A stretch of 64,000 nt of DNA from Raillietiella orientalis (taxonomy: Eukaryota): contig JAYWIR010000027.1 of NCBI GenBank assembly GCA_036172245.1, positions 806,001-870,000 of the forward strand, in the 5' to 3' direction. This document shows, piece after piece, positions 34,201 to 47,764 of the stretch. The position numbers and the translations under genes were made by a program. Numbering within the stretch: position 1 is the stretch's first letter; each line of letters starts with the position of its first letter. Below the pieces are notes generated by a model. That model saw only the letters and a program-made list of their open reading frames with translations, made no database searches and had not been told where the DNA came from.

Positions 34201-37200
34201 AAAGGTAGCATGATATGATGGAAACCATAATCATCCAAGTAGCTTTGGGAAAATCTCGTATTGACACTACATACATAATCAACTCTTTGTAAACACTCTG
34301 AAATCCCTTGCAAACACTAATTTGTGAAACTGAGGTAATCACTGAAAAGTTATCATTACAGAGGAATGCAGGAAAGCACATCGATATGGTAGATGGGGGT
34401 GAAAATGAAATTTCATCTTTTTCAGTTAAGAAGAATTAAGCATTCAAGATGAAATAACTGAATCTTTGGTTGCATAGGATCAGGCAGAGATTGCTGGCTT
34501 TTTTTCTTAGCTTAGTTCTGCGGATATTAATTTCAAAACGACTTTGAGACAATTTTCTCCTTAACTTCAAGGGAATTTATGAATTGTAGGAATAAGTTTC
34601 TGAAATTTGATGGCGGAACGCAGTATGTGGGAATGGTAATCCCAGGAAGAAAACAGGAATGAGTACAGAAGAAGTCGAATTGAGTATTGTTTGGAAGGAA
34701 GACTTTACTAGAATATTCAACGATCCCAGTCAGATGAATGGAGTTTATATGCTTTCATATACATCCTACATCAGGTGGTAAATGTGTGTGAAAAATTTTC
34801 GCCATTATTTAAGAAGCGTTGGAGAGAGCATTATATGCTTAGTAGTTTTGGTCAGTCTGAATCCAGGAAAGGAAGCACAAAAAAGCGTCAAATGTGATAA
34901 TGCATCATTATTAATTGCACTTTTAGCCTTTATAAGTTTCCAGGTATTTGACTGTAATCTTCCCGTTTTTGAATGGCCACAAATTTTTCGGTTGAAAATC
35001 GGTGTTGGGGCATAAGCATGTTCTGCATGGAGCTGCATGCTTCAGAGTCATAAAGGCTACTCTATTACTCACACAAAGATAGTAGTTGGGATTCAAAGTA
35101 GAGTTCTGAAATTCAGATCTCAGTGATCCCAGAAAACATTTCTGGATCGTCACCACCAAACCGCTTAACCTTCATTAATCCTAATGCATGAAATTTTGTT
35201 TTGATGAATTCTCCAGGGAATGCATTAGTTGATGTCAAAAAGTGTGGAAGAATTAGGAAAGTGTTGGAAAAGATCACATTGCAAATCAGTAATGGTACTC
35301 GGAGATCAAACTCGTGAAAATGCCAGTTAATTTAAAAGAAATTTTAGAAAAAATATCAACTTTGGAGAAATTCGATATTATGCATTTGGAATACAGCACT
35401 GCATTAATGTTTCTGTAAAGGATGTAGCAATATGCAAAAGAAGTGGTGTGTTTTAGGAACTATTGAAAGCGTGGATGATCAAAAAAGGTTGCGTGTGGTG
35501 CTGTTCTGACGGAAAGTACACACTGACGAATAGACAAATGTATGTCGCCGTATAGTTGGCACCTCCACGCACGGAGTTGATACATCGTATGCGGAACCAT
35601 CGCCTTCCATGACTAAGCTGTCCCTTGTGGAGTCCCCGAGAATTACATTACTTAACGTACATTCATTTATGTATATGGGGACATGCTTGGATTCTCATTC
35701 TGTTTGAAACTCAGACGTGGTGTTTTGTTGGACACGGTGCTTCGACTTTCAGCGGACTGTACGGGAAAACAAGTTGGTACTTGACCATTTAGGAAGGTCA
35801 TGTTTGAGGTTTCATCTCTCGTCGTTTTTTGGAAGGTTATTTGCCGATCCCGTGATGCGTTCCACGTGAAGGCTCCACCACCACCACGCGTTGTGGCGTG
35901 GCGGAGAATCATTCTTTTGGGATTGTTTGGAGTACTTTTTTTCCCCTCACCACCCGAACTGCATCCGTGGCTGTCGCCACCACAGAATGCATAATAACCG
36001 ACGAGGTGAAGAGCGAGTCCGACGAATGATGGAACTTTTCCACGCCACTTGGTGGAAAGCGCGTGGGTGTGTTCCATCCCTCCTCCAGGCAGTACGGCCG
36101 CGGAGAAACGAAAAGGACACGTACCTCTAGTTGGCGTCCACTTCGCGTGCATTTCACTTTCGTTGTACAAATCTGCAATCGAAGCCAAGCCAAGTGATGG
36201 CAGCAGGTCAAGCTGAATTGCAAGGCGCCGTGACAGGAGCCACAGGGACGATCAGAGGAGCCCAGCAAGAATTCAGCCATCACGGAATGCCTCCAAGACC
36301 ACCACCACCGGGCCTTCTGGAAGGCATTCGAGCGACGCTGTCGGTGCACCTAGCATCCAGTTTGCTTTGAATACTTGCTACATCCCCACCCCCACCCTCA
36401 CTGGAAGGGGGGTCGTGGGATGGATGTGCCCATCATGTGATCTGACCAGTTGGCTTCCATGTTGCCGGCCACACGACGATGGATCCGTTGGCCCGCGAAG
36501 CCAAAAGGAAAGTTACGCTCGGCCACTATTCGCACTTCGCGAGACGATGCAATGCAACACAGAATTTTAGCGGTCGAGTGTGATTTTCTCTTGCCCGGCA
36601 TTTCATCATCATCTGTTTGATCAAAGGTGCCAAGGGCGTGTCCTTTTTTTTTTTTCCTTTCATTTTTCGTTCGAATGACTCCCCAGCATCATGCTCCCGG
36701 AATTCCTCGTCGACCCCAGTTGTCTTGATGCACCAATGGAGTAATCTGCGTTGGTTGTTTACTTAAGCATCAATTTGTTGTGTGTTCCCTGAAAAGAAGC
36801 GATTCTGTCGTGTATCGAACACCCTGTTGGTGTTCCGATTCCTCCTGTTGGTCGGTTGCTTATGGTGCTGGGACGAGGGGGGACTGTCCCGTTCTGAGGA
36901 GGGCCTTTGTCGACACGGTCACGGTGCCACTTGTGTTTTCAGCTGTCCCAATCCAACGCCGAACTGCTGCATCTGAAAAGCAGCTACCTCGAACTCGAGC
37001 AGGAAAATCTGAACCTGAAGAGTGATCTCTGCGTTCTGGGTGCCCAGTTGGAACCCCTTCAGGCCCGATTCCACGGGGTACGCAAGTCACGTAAAAGTCG
37101 TTTCACCCTTTTTTATTTTATGTTTTTTTCTTTTTCAATTCCCGATTTTGCAGGTGTCCGTCCTTGTGGCAATACCAACCATCCTCCTGGTGCTCTGCAT

Positions 37201-37252
37201 GAGCATCCTGTTCTACCCGAGTCTGGCCTGGTGGACGGCCACTGTGGGATGA
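31290..37252 (+). CDS. SLMAP: Sarcolemmal membrane-associated protein (STRIPAK component): FHA domain, coiled coil, C-terminal TM anchor; 15 coding exons
   Basis: Exons 31290-31439, 31509-31646, 31695-31842, 31890-31956, 31994-32240, 32288-32430, 32472-32640, 32689-32839, 32894-32977, 33041(or 33020)-33118, 33163-33299, 33344-33500, 33554-33639, 36943-37077 and 37154-37252, all GT-AG and phase-consistent. Diagnostic motifs: [86 protein letters not shown] and LQEALLRE. Hydrophobic tail [25 protein letters not shown]. The start Met and the low-complexity middle exons are less certain. Confidence 0.93.
34640..36560 (+). mobile_element. Decayed RTE-like LINE in SLMAP intron 13 (may extend 5' to ~33870)
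   Basis: Broken motifs in RT order: [47 protein letters not shown] (cf. V.SF.YLGS), [16 protein letters not shown] (cf. IR.RRLRW.GHV) and WQQVK. A putative 3' UTR follows, ending in atgcaatgcaa. Confidence 0.6.
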
Positions 37253-37850
37253 TGAAGAGAGGTTTCGCGCGATATCGATTGTTCATCGACTTGTTTTTTC
37301 AGCCAAAGATTGTGTGCTTATGACCTACGATTATATCTACAAATTTTATCTTATCTTTTTATGTATAGATTAGGACTCTAATGGCTATTCTATGTGAAAA
37401 TCATAGTTCGTTGTTATGAAATAGACTAATGTTTTCTAGTTGCAGTGTAGTCTGTTTTTTTTTTCTTGGTGCGCTTTTCCTGGGAGCCTATGGGCTTCTT
37501 CGTGCCAATGCCTGGCTGCAGCAAGCCGTTCGCGCCGAACCGGAAGTGGTTCCCGGTGGCCACTCCCCCCTCCCCCCCGCCGTCCTCTGGTCCCGCGCGC
37601 CCCGGCAGTTCGCTGGGGGGGGGGGGGAGGGGGGTTGCGCGCGCGCGCGCGTGCTTTCATGCTGCTGCTACGTCCCCGTTGCCGGCGTTGCGGTTGTTCC
37701 TCCCCTCCCCCTTACTGGGGATCACCTGGTTGCGTGCCTCCTTCTGGGGACTGCTGCGGGACGTTCGTTGTTTTCCGCCAAGGCGTGGAGGGAGCGGGTG
37801 GCACGATGGCGTCTGGTGCGTTGCTCACGTGTGTGCGCACACACGGTAAA

Positions 37851-37872
37851 GAGTGTGTGTGTGTGTGTGTGT
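37851..37872 (+). repeat. (GT)n microsatellite followed by a T run
   Basis: About ten GT units, directly visible. Confidence 0.85.
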
Positions 37873-39680
37873 TTTTTTTTTTTTGGCTTTCTTTCCCCGC
37901 AAGCGGGAGGAAGGCGTGCATGCGTGGACACGCGTTGTGCGTACGTGTGCACGCATGCGTCTTGACCTGCTTGTGATGAATGGGTGCAAGAGATAGCCAC
38001 CCTGCAGTGGCACAGATGATTCGAGCCTGTTCGGTCGCGATTTCAACGTGCCGTGGAGCCGAGTCCCCCCTTCCGTTTTGGCCACAGCGACCTTGGAGCA
38101 TATCCCTGCTTCCTGTGCACATGTTGCAGGCACCGGAAGCGTTTCATTTGTCGCTGTTCATGTGTGTGGGTTGTGCGCATGCGTGGGACGAACGGTGCGA
38201 CGGCTGTTGATTTTTATTCCCGTTATTCGCGGCCGGAGAGCGCCGTCGGTCGCTGAGAAACCTGCCCTAGCGATTGGCGATGGGTCGCTCTCCGTGCGCG
38301 CTGGGCCCAGGGGACGTGCGTGGAATTTCCGTTTTGAGAGCGTGGAGGGAGAAGGGAGGCGCTGAGGCGACGCTTCTCGAGGCGTGCATTCGATGACCGA
38401 CGGGCCGAACGGAAGGCACGTCCGGGAGTTCACCGCGGAGGAGAGGAGCGGTGCCGCTGGCGGTGTTAGGGTGCCCTGCGTTTTCTTTCTGCCGTGATGC
38501 GCGAGCGCCTCACTGCGGAGAGCGAGTTGCTGCTGCTGCAGCCGGAGTTTCGTTTTTTTTTTTTTTTCTTTTCCTCCTCCTTTTTACGAGAGGATAAAAA
38601 GAAAGGCGCGCGCCCTGTTGTTCCCCGTGAGCGAAAGTTCTCGGTCAGCCTGTGGATCGATGACCGGCGGGCTAAGTGGAAGAGATGTGAGGACAGTCGA
38701 GGCACCACGCGCGGGCGGGAGGGGATGAGGCGAGGTGAAAGTTCGTCCTCTGCGGAGCAACGGAGGAGGTGTTTCCGGATTCAGGGATGCCGTGGCATGT
38801 GCGCATCTCCGAGGGCGACAGCGCGCCGCATCCCCGAAGCAGCTGCGGGCCGCCGAGCATTCCCCCCCGCCCTCCTCAAAAATAAAAAAAATAAAATAAA
38901 ATAAAAAATGGCAGCCTGCAAAAGCGAAACTGTGACCTCGGGAGGGGGACTCTTGACCGAGAGGCTGGGCAGTTCCGCAGAGCGGGTTGCACCATCCCAC
39001 CCACGCGCCAGCTCTTTTCTTGGAAGGGGAGGTCAGGGTTCGCAGATAGCTGTTGGCGGCGATTCTGTCAGCTGATCAGCGGAGTGGGAGGAGAACGGAA
39101 GAAAAAAAGGGGGCGGGCAACCCCCCGGTGGTGAATCAGCGCAGCGGGAGCGCATCTGACCAAAAGAAGTTGCCACGGCGGCGGTCACGTCGCGTCCCGC
39201 ATGGAGCTGCGCGGGCTCGGAGGGAGGGCATCGAGTCCACGGCACGCGACCACTCGCTGCCCCCGGGAGCGGACGGCGGCCAATGAACGACCCGCTCCCG
39301 GCCCTGTCGGTAGGGGGAGGGAAAGGAAGACGCTTCCGCCCGCACCATTCCCTGGATTTCGCGAAAAGGAAGCGAACGTTCGGAAAGCGGGGAAGAAAGA
39401 ACCGGAAGAGGGGGGGGGGGGGGAAGGAGCTGGAGCCGCCTAGCGCGCCTCCGCGAGGCGGGGGGGGAGCAAGCGAGGCTCCATCAGAGGGTCGCGCGCG
39501 CCGCGACCAGGGAGCTTCCTAGGCGTAAGGCCAAGCCGTGGCGAACGTCCCCCGTGGCAACCGGCTCCGTCGGCTGCATCAGCCGCGCGCTCGTTGCTCC
39601 GGAGGCTAAGGGCGTGACTCTCCCCACGTGCCCTCGGGTGCTAGAGGACCGACGGCTCGAGGGTGATGGCGCGACCTGCA

Positions 39681-42600
39681 TCACGCCCGGAGAGGCTTGG
39701 GAGTAACGTGACCACTGCTGCTTCTCAGAAGCGGTCGCTCACTAGGGACGCCCTTGAGCGCCGCACCGTACGGGAGGCTGAGACTGCTGCTTCTGGTGGA
39801 AAAGGGTGGCGGGCGACCGCGAGGCCTCCTCGTCTCCCTCTCCTCCCTCGCACATATGCGCTCCCGGCGGCGGCCCGTGCTGCACCCACGCTTCCGGGGT
39901 TCTTTTAAAATCGAGGTGGACCTTTTCAAAATCACGGGCCCTCGCTCCTCGAACAGGGCGAGCAAGGGATCGGGAAAGGGCATGCGGAACCCAGCTCTCC
40001 GCGCGGGTGCCATTTCCAAGGGCAGCTCCGTTCCGCCCCCTAGCGGCATCGTCCGGAGACCTTTCGCCGTAAGGGAAGAGAGGAGCAGGGGTCAGGCGGC
40101 TGGCCCGCGGTACCTCGGAGGGGTGACTGAGGATGAGGTGGAAAGGGAGGAAGATACCCCCCTTCCCTTTCCCCCCTCTAATTCCACCCCGGGACAGATC
40201 CTTGGAATAGGACCGACCTCTCTCCAGCGTCCGTGCGCCGCGGGGCAGCGACGCCTCGTTCCCCGCGAGGCTGCCTCTGCCTCCTCCTGGGGCGAGGAAG
40301 TTCTCCCCCTTGTCCGCTCCGACTGTCGACGACTCCCCTCTGAACCCCCCTCCCTCTGGGAGGCGACGTCGGGGGCCTCGTGCGCGGAAGGAAAAGCCAT
40401 CGCTTTCCTCATCCCCCTCCCTTTCTTGGGCGCACGCGGGGAAGTGGCCGCGGCCGCGTGTCGTCACAGCTGCGATCTCCAGAGAGCACGCGCATGCTCA
40501 TCCCTTCATCCCCCCCCCCCTTCCCTCCCCTTGGCCGTTAGTGCGGCCTTGTACTACGTCATGTAGAGTTTGCAGTAAACTCCCCGGCGTACCTGGGTGG
40601 AAACCCCCTCCCTCCCCGCTCCGTTTCCCGGATTGCTGCTGGCGGTGGCGTTGCTGATGGTCGCAGCGGAGGCATCCGCTCGGGAAAAAACGGCCAGCGC
40701 TTCCCGTGGTGGCGGTCGAGGGGCGAAACGCGGAGGCGAAAGAGGAGGAGGAGCCGCCTCGCGTGGGCGCGCCTCCGCTCCCGCTCGCGCAGTCGAGCGA
40801 AGAGAGATGCCGTTCACGCGCGTGATGCCCCGCCGACGCAGAGAGAATTCCTTCCCCTTCCTTCCCGTGCTCCACTAAGGACTCGCCTGCCGGTCGCCAC
40901 CGGCTGGCTGGGCGCGCAGTCTGCCAGACGTTCGTCCACCGCCGACCCCTGCCGCAACTGCAGTCCGAAGCGGTGGGGGAATGGAGGGGAGGCAGGTGGA
41001 AGGTGGGGGAGGTAGGTGGCCGTCCTGTCTTGTCCAGGCGTGCTTCCTGCTCCTCCTGCGCATCCAGTGTCCTACTTCCTGAGTTCCTTTCCTGAAGCGC
41101 CCTCAAGCGAACTGCTGCCATCCGGGCTTGGCGGGTGCCATGTCCGGGTGCAGATGTGACCCTCCGTCCTGCTCCAGACTTAAGTCTCCCCTTCCACCAC
41201 TCGTTCTCTCCCTGTTGTCACATTCGGCTTCGGGTGCAGCGACGACCGGGCCGGGCGTTCCCTAAGGTGAGTGGGTCTCCAGCGAACCGAACCAGCCGAT
41301 CAGCCGCGCCTCGGGCCTGCCGGTCAAAGGGCAAGGCTCTGTGGCCGCCTCGCGCGGTGAGAAACACTGGAAAGAGGCGGGCCGGGCCTGTGGCTGTCGA
41401 GCCAGGAGAAAGGGAGGCAGGAAACTGTGGAGGGAGCAACGCGCTTGTCGACTCGACCCGGTTCTCGGGTGCGGATCTCTTGGCTGGGCGCTCGAGTGCC
41501 TGCCGTCGCTGGTTCCCACACGGGACGGCGGCGCGTTTGTCATGGCCTCCGGTTCGTTCGAGTCCACACGCCGGTCAGCTGCGTCGTGCTTCTGCGACTC
41601 TTCTTTTCGGAGGTGGTCCGAAACGAGCGGCCGGCAGTCCGGATGTGAGAAGATCCATTTCTTAAGATCCTTCGAACGCATCCTGTTGTATGCTGGTAGT
41701 GGCGAATGTGAGGGATCTTTCCAGGGCTTCCAGGAACGGAGCCTTCACCCGGGCACTCCTTACCTCGGGCTCATACTCAGGCTTTCAGGTTGCCAGGATT
41801 CGTTGTCGTTCGCTAGTTGAATCCTCTTCTGGAACGACACGCCGACGGGATGCTGATTGCTGCGAGCAATCTCTTTGAGAAGAGGAACACTTTTACCGCA
41901 AAGGGCCGAAATTCCGAAAAGGGCGGTCCTCCGCACGTAGCGACATGGATCCTTTGTACGTGAAAGTGCGTGACCTGATGCAGAGGGTTTCGTCAACATG
42001 CGCGCAGCACACGCAATGGACGCGCGACTCCAGCAGCGTGGAAGTGCGTGGAAGAGGTAACAACGCCCTTAATCAGTGTGAGGGTGCGACCTTACACTGT
42101 GAGGGCACGCACCAACTGGCACAGCGGCTCAGCAAGCCCTAGTCTGCTAGGCCATTGCATTCCTGGCGGAGGGAATTTGCTCGCGCGAAGGGAGACTTCG
42201 AGAGAAGCAGTCGTTTCCCCGCGCTTCCCTTGCGCGGGGGGCAGAGTGGATCGGTGTTCCCGGTCCGTCGCCATGTTCGGCAGCAGCAGCAGCAGCAGCA
42301 GCCGGATCTCAGCACACACACACACTGAAAAAAGAAAAAAGCAAAACCACTTCCAGTAGGGGAACGGCGGAGGTAAGGGGAAGGGGGAAAAAAAAAAATA
42401 GGCAGGCACCTATGGGATTCTCCTCCACATCTCTTTTCAATGCCTTCTCCGCGCGTCGGCCCCCAGAAGGAAACTGCCGCCATCGAGACGCCAAGCGGCT
42501 GCCGCCTCCCGGCCGCGGTGGCTCGCGTAAATCAGTCGGTCCTTCCGTTCCCCAGCAGAAGAAGAATTAGCGTACGCGCGAAGATGGGGACGAGCCGACC

Positions 42601-43808
42601 TCGGCGCGGCGGCCGCATCCGCTGGCTGAAGCGAAAGCTGGGCTCAGCATAGCGCGAGCTCGATCGGCCCCTGCCACCCCGCCGCCACCCGCTGCAGCCC
42701 CTCCCGCCAAACACCAGCAGCGCCTCCTTTGAAGGGAGAGGGGCATGAAAGGGAAGAGGGGGTGTTTTTCGGCAACCTCAGCCGCGAACAGAAAGGGAAG
42801 AAGTCCTGGATCTCGAAAGATTTTTTTCTTCGAGCGCAAATTGCCGTCCCTTTCGGGACGGCCGGAAAGGGCATGACGGGAGGGAAACAGGGTGGGGTGG
42901 GGCGGGGCGGAAGAGGCGAGGCTGAGATCGCAGCAGCTTCAGTCGATACTCCTGGTTCTGCGGGAGGATCGCCCCCCTCCCCTATCCTTTTCCGTTCTCC
43001 GAGCTCCCTGCCTGCGCAGACGGCAAAGTGCAGGGGGATGCTGTAGGTGGGTCAGCCTCTGGAGACGGCGCGCTCGCTCTGCGGAGGCAGGGGTGGGGAG
43101 GAGGGAAGGACTGCAGTCCCACCTCCTCGGGAGCCACACGGTCGCGACAGGGGGGGAGAAAGGCGGTGGGCGAGCCCGCGCGCGTCCTTGCAGGGGTCTC
43201 AAAAGCAGCCCGAGGAGGGGGAAAGAGGGGAGGGGGAGGGAGGTACCTCGTGTAAGAGGAGTGGGGCTGCTAAAAGGCCGAGGAGACGAAAAGGCCGGCA
43301 GCCTTTCTTCGGTCGGCGCCACTGCAAGAGAGAAGTCGCGGTCCTCCGGCGAGACGGTCCTAGGTCCCTTTCCGCTTCTGCAGGGATCGACTGGCCCCAC
43401 CCACTCATTCCCCCTTCCAAAGACAGTGCGGCATTTCGCCGCTGGGTCGGTTGGCGCGCTTGCCCTACTCTCGAACGAGGTCGCCGGCGCGGAGCTCCCG
43501 ATAGCGGTCCACGACCGACCTCCGGGGAGGAGGAGGAGGGGGTGCTCATCGAAGGCAGGAGACTGAAGGGATGGTGCCACGCAGGGGAGAGCCGCGGCTA
43601 TTTTGGACCCGGAGGGTCTCTCCAGCAGGTGGCTCAGGCGCACCATGTACTCCGCCTCATCCATGAATGGGCGCAGCTCGACCTCCCCTTCGACACCCCA
43701 CGCGTGAAGTACCGCAGCCGCGTTGGGGACGGGCCGAGGGGGGAAGGACGAGGAACAGCGCTGCACTCCCCTCGGGAGTGGTAGGGAAGAGGGGGGCGGT
43801 GGGGCCAT
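39681..43808 (-). CDS. Candidate unidentified spliced gene, divergent from filamin (structure incomplete)
   Basis: Putative first exon 43808-43247 has GC3-rich codons (GEVELRPFMDEAEYMVRLSHLLERP) and a GAG|GTACC donor. An 81-nt GTAAGG...CAG intron (41763-41683) joins two open frames. 40049-39681 is protein-like (PLLALFEERGPVILKRSTSILKEPRKR). No recognised domain. Confidence 0.25.
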
Positions 43809-46800
43809 GCCATCTCCCCCCCACGTGGTCCCGAAGGAAACGGTGGCAGGGAGACCAGTAGGCGGTGTGCGCGCGTCCCTGCGCCCTGGCAACGGAACAT
43901 CGAGCCCGCAGGCAGCTGCTGCCTCCAAGGGTGGGCGTCCGCGCAGCTGGGAGGGAGGGGGGGGGGGGGGGGAGAAGGGCCTTGCCGCCTGGTGCGGAGG
44001 GCAGCGCTCGGGCGGTTCACGTGGTTGCGGCAGCCCGCAGCATGCGGGCTGCCGGCGAAGGCGGGCGCCGCACACAGAAAGTGAAAAGCGTCGAAGGCGT
44101 TGCGGTGGCGGAGAGCCCGCACGACCTGCAGTCCGCGCCTGTGCCGGAGACGGGAGGTAGTGGGGCCGAAGAAACAGACTCTCCCCCCTCTTCCTCCTCC
44201 TCCCGCGCTTTCCCCTGCCGGACTCCGCGGAGGAGGCTACCTGGCGGCCGCCCAGAGGTGTGCCTGGGCGACAACGCCCCTGCGCGCTCTCCGGCGCGGC
44301 AGGCGAAGCGAGTCAGGAACGTGGCGCTCCCCGCTCCCGGAATCGCTCCGGAAATGAAAGGAGAAAAGGAGGGAAGAAACGGGACGCGCGGGTCCTTCCC
44401 TCGCCGTGGCGTTCTGCTCTCATTTCCCATGGGCGCGCGCAGGGCCTGTCCGCGGCGGCTGACCGGACTTGCGGAACTGGAGCGCCGCCCGCGCGTCCTC
44501 GAGGTCCGAATTTCCCCCTCCCCCACGGCGACGGAGGTTCGGCCTGGTCTGGCCCAAGCCCAGGAAGACGGCTGGGAGTCCCAGTCCAGAAGGCGTGGAG
44601 GAGGAAGAGAAGGCACTTTGCAGCGCCAACGCCGGGTGTCCCAGCCCTCGCCTGCTAGACGTTGCATGGGTGGCCGCGCCCGAACGACAGGGCAGTCCTC
44701 GTCCGGGGAGTGTCGGGGTCGGGGACCGTCCGAGGGAGGTGGGAACCGAGGGGGTGGATGCGTCTCGCGGTGCATGGCACGGTCCTTTCAACCCCATCCC
44801 GCGTATCGCAAAAACAGGCGGAGCACGCAAATTTTTTCGTGCGCGAACGAAAAATCCCCCCCCCCCCTTCCCTAAAAAAAAGAAAAGAAAAAAAAAAGAG
44901 GAAAAGGAAAAAGAAAAACGCACACGCGCATGCGCTTCGCTCCACTCCCTTCGTTCCTCTGATTTTCTCAAACGCATAGCTGACGAAGGCAACAATGCGA
45001 GGGGGGGGGGAGGGAGAGAGAAAGAGAGAGTGTGAGAGAGTGCAATCCGCTGTCCCCCCCCCACCTCCCCTTCCGCCTTTCACCTCATTGTTGGCGAGTT
45101 TTCGAGAAAGATGGCGTGCGCGACAGCGAACGGCGCTCTCCACGGTGGCCGGCGGCGACGCGCGCGGGTTGCCGCCGAGACGCGTTGCTCCCTCCCTCGG
45201 CCCAACATCCCTCCCGCTTCGGACTGATCCCCCCCCCCCCTCCCCGCGCAGGGAAAAGCGCGCGCTCCCTGTTCCCACTTTCGAAAACCGGGAGAGGTTC
45301 GGATTCACTTCGATCGTGTCGTATTACGGTGGCAGGGGAAGAGGGGGCGGGGGGGGGGGAGGAGGGAAGGGGGGGAGGGGCACCGACGACGCTGAACAGT
45401 TTTCCAGCTTTCTCTCCCTTCCTGCTTCCCGTGAGTGATGGTCTGCGAGAGATCGCAAGCCTCCCGAGGCGAGTCGACAAGGCGCGTGTGCGAGGCTCGG
45501 GGAAAAGAGCTCCGCCGCGCGCACCACGGGAACCCCGCAAGAAATACGGGCTGCGCGTCCCTACAGGGGTCACGGAAAGGTAAGCTCCAGATGCCAGAAG
45601 TCTGGGGGAGGGAAGCAGCACAGTGGCCGGCGGTTGCATTTTGGCTTGGGCAGCCACGGAAAGACGATCCGAGAATCCACCCCTGCCGAGGAAACGCGCG
45701 CGAAAGGCTCCCCCACAGCACAGGTGATCCGTTGCGGTGTGTTGTCCGGTAGTGTGCCCGCGGCTATCCTGGCACGCAAGTGAGGATCGCACGCACCGCC
45801 CGTCAACCCATGCACACAGGTTCGCCCCTGAGACAAGCGGCAAGGAAAAACACACACACACACACACACGTAAAGAGCAGCCAGGACTGCGTAGGTGTGT
45901 GTGGCACACATGTTCCCCCCCCCCCCCCATCCCCCTGTGAAGGCAGTCGGGAACGCGACGACCACGTCGGGGAGCGCGATCCGGAGGTGATGCGAGGTGC
46001 GTGTTGCTATGGTGCGAGGGGTTCGCGTCATCTCCCATTCGCAACGTGCCATCCTCATCACAGTCAGAGAAGATCGATCGACGGTGCACTTATCTCTGGA
46101 AGTTTCCTCGGGATGCTGCGTTTTTCGACCAGGAGGACCAAAAAAACAAAAAGGTACACACGCGTGTGATTGGAGTCGAACGACGTGGACCTCGTTCTTG
46201 CATACATCCTTGTCTAAAACCGTGCTTCCCATCCAATGAAATAAAAAAAGAAAAAAAGAAAAAAAAGAAAAAGAGGAGGATGTGGAAAAGGAAAAGAGAA
46301 GGAAGGAAATTTTGCGGGGAGCGACTCGAACGCCGACTTTCCCGATGTACTGGAAGCACATTTTGATAGTTACTAATCTGCCCACGATTTCCCACTTCAA
46401 GGCTATCCGAGGCGTGCATCATTTTATAGTCGCTGCAGAAAACGTGACCTTCAATTCGTTTCTTTGAGCGATTGCATGCCAATGGGATTACAACACCGAA
46501 AGTGCACGGGCAGGCAACCACCGTTCGTCACATTTTTCACCTCCTCGCCCCTCGCCGCCGCCGCCGCGCCGCATCCATCGTTCCGCGGCTGTCTCCGGCG
46601 GCGCATGCGCCATCCGCCGCAAGGATTGCCAGCATGCCGAGCGTGTTGACCAGGCTTCCCCGCGCCGCCGTGTGCTGCTGAAATTGGAGCGGCGAGCCGA
46701 GCAGGTAGGCCGTGCGTGTGCGTGTGTGCCTGTGCGTGCTCCGCGGGCGCGAGCGGCGGCGGCCCGGGGGGCGAGCAGAAAGGAAGGGCAGGGGCAGGGG

Positions 46801-46919
46801 CCGCGTTTTCCTTTCCGCCCTTCGCGAGGCTCCCTCCGGACGCAGGCGCGCAGCTTTGCTTTGCCCTGCTTTCGAGGGGGAAGGAAGCACACAAAATGGC
46901 GGTGGCACGGCGAGCAGAA

Positions 46920-46993
46920 ACAACAACAACAACAACAAAAAAAAAAAAAACTCCTCGAGTCGTCGGCGACGACGACGACGACGACGACGACGA
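46920..46993 (+). repeat. Compound microsatellite (CAA)n-(A)n-(GAC)n upstream of filamin
   Basis: Tandem CAA units, an A run and about eight GAC units, directly visible. Confidence 0.85.
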
Positions 46994-47764
46994 GCGCGTG
47001 TGCTTTTTTCCCGCTTTCATTCGGCAACGCTGTCGGCCGGTTGGCGCGCACACGTTGTGCCGGGGGAGTTCGCTCCAGGGTTGCTGCTACTGCTGCTGCT
47101 GCGCGCCTTCCAGGAGAGCGCGCCGCGAGGCCGGAGGAAGAAGTACCGACCGCTCCGCCGCCGCCGCGTTTCATCTCGCTCTTCCCGGAGTGACCGGGTT
47201 CATCTCCTCCGGGTTCGGATTTTCGCTTCCGTAGCGTGCGAGCGAGCGTGTGTGTGCATCTCGCGGCGGGGGGGAGCGCCTTTTTGGTCAGCCGTCCCCC
47301 GGACCCCCCCCCCCCCGTACCGTCGAAAGGCAGGAGAGATCTTCACGCCGCCGATCGTCTTTTTCCAGTCGGGTTTCCCTCCCCTCTACCCTGGCGGTCC
47401 GGCAGCTCGGAGATGATGCGATCGCTGACGTTGGCGTGCCAACAGTTTGGAACTCGGCCCGCGAGCGCGGCGGCGGCGGCGGAGGAGGAGGGAAAGCCCG
47501 CCCACTCCGCCCCGCCCCTCCTCGAGCGTCGCTGTGCACGCGTGGACTTCCGTCTTGCTGTGTTCTCCTCCTCCCCCTCTTCCCCCCTTCCCTTTCGCCG
47601 TACTCCGACGACTTCTCGGATTTTCTTGCTTTCGAACGGATGGCGGTTGGGCGGGTGGGAAGTGGCGGGTCAGCAGCAGCAGCAGCTGCCGATGCTACAT
47701 GCAGCCTTTAACCTCTTCGGGAGGGAGGGCTCATCATCTCCTTCTCCTACTCCCTCAGAGAGCC

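Noticed and set aside
41150..41215. SH3-like NEWWKGRL on the minus strand
   Set aside because: The downstream GxFPxNYV and upstream ALYDY motifs are absent.
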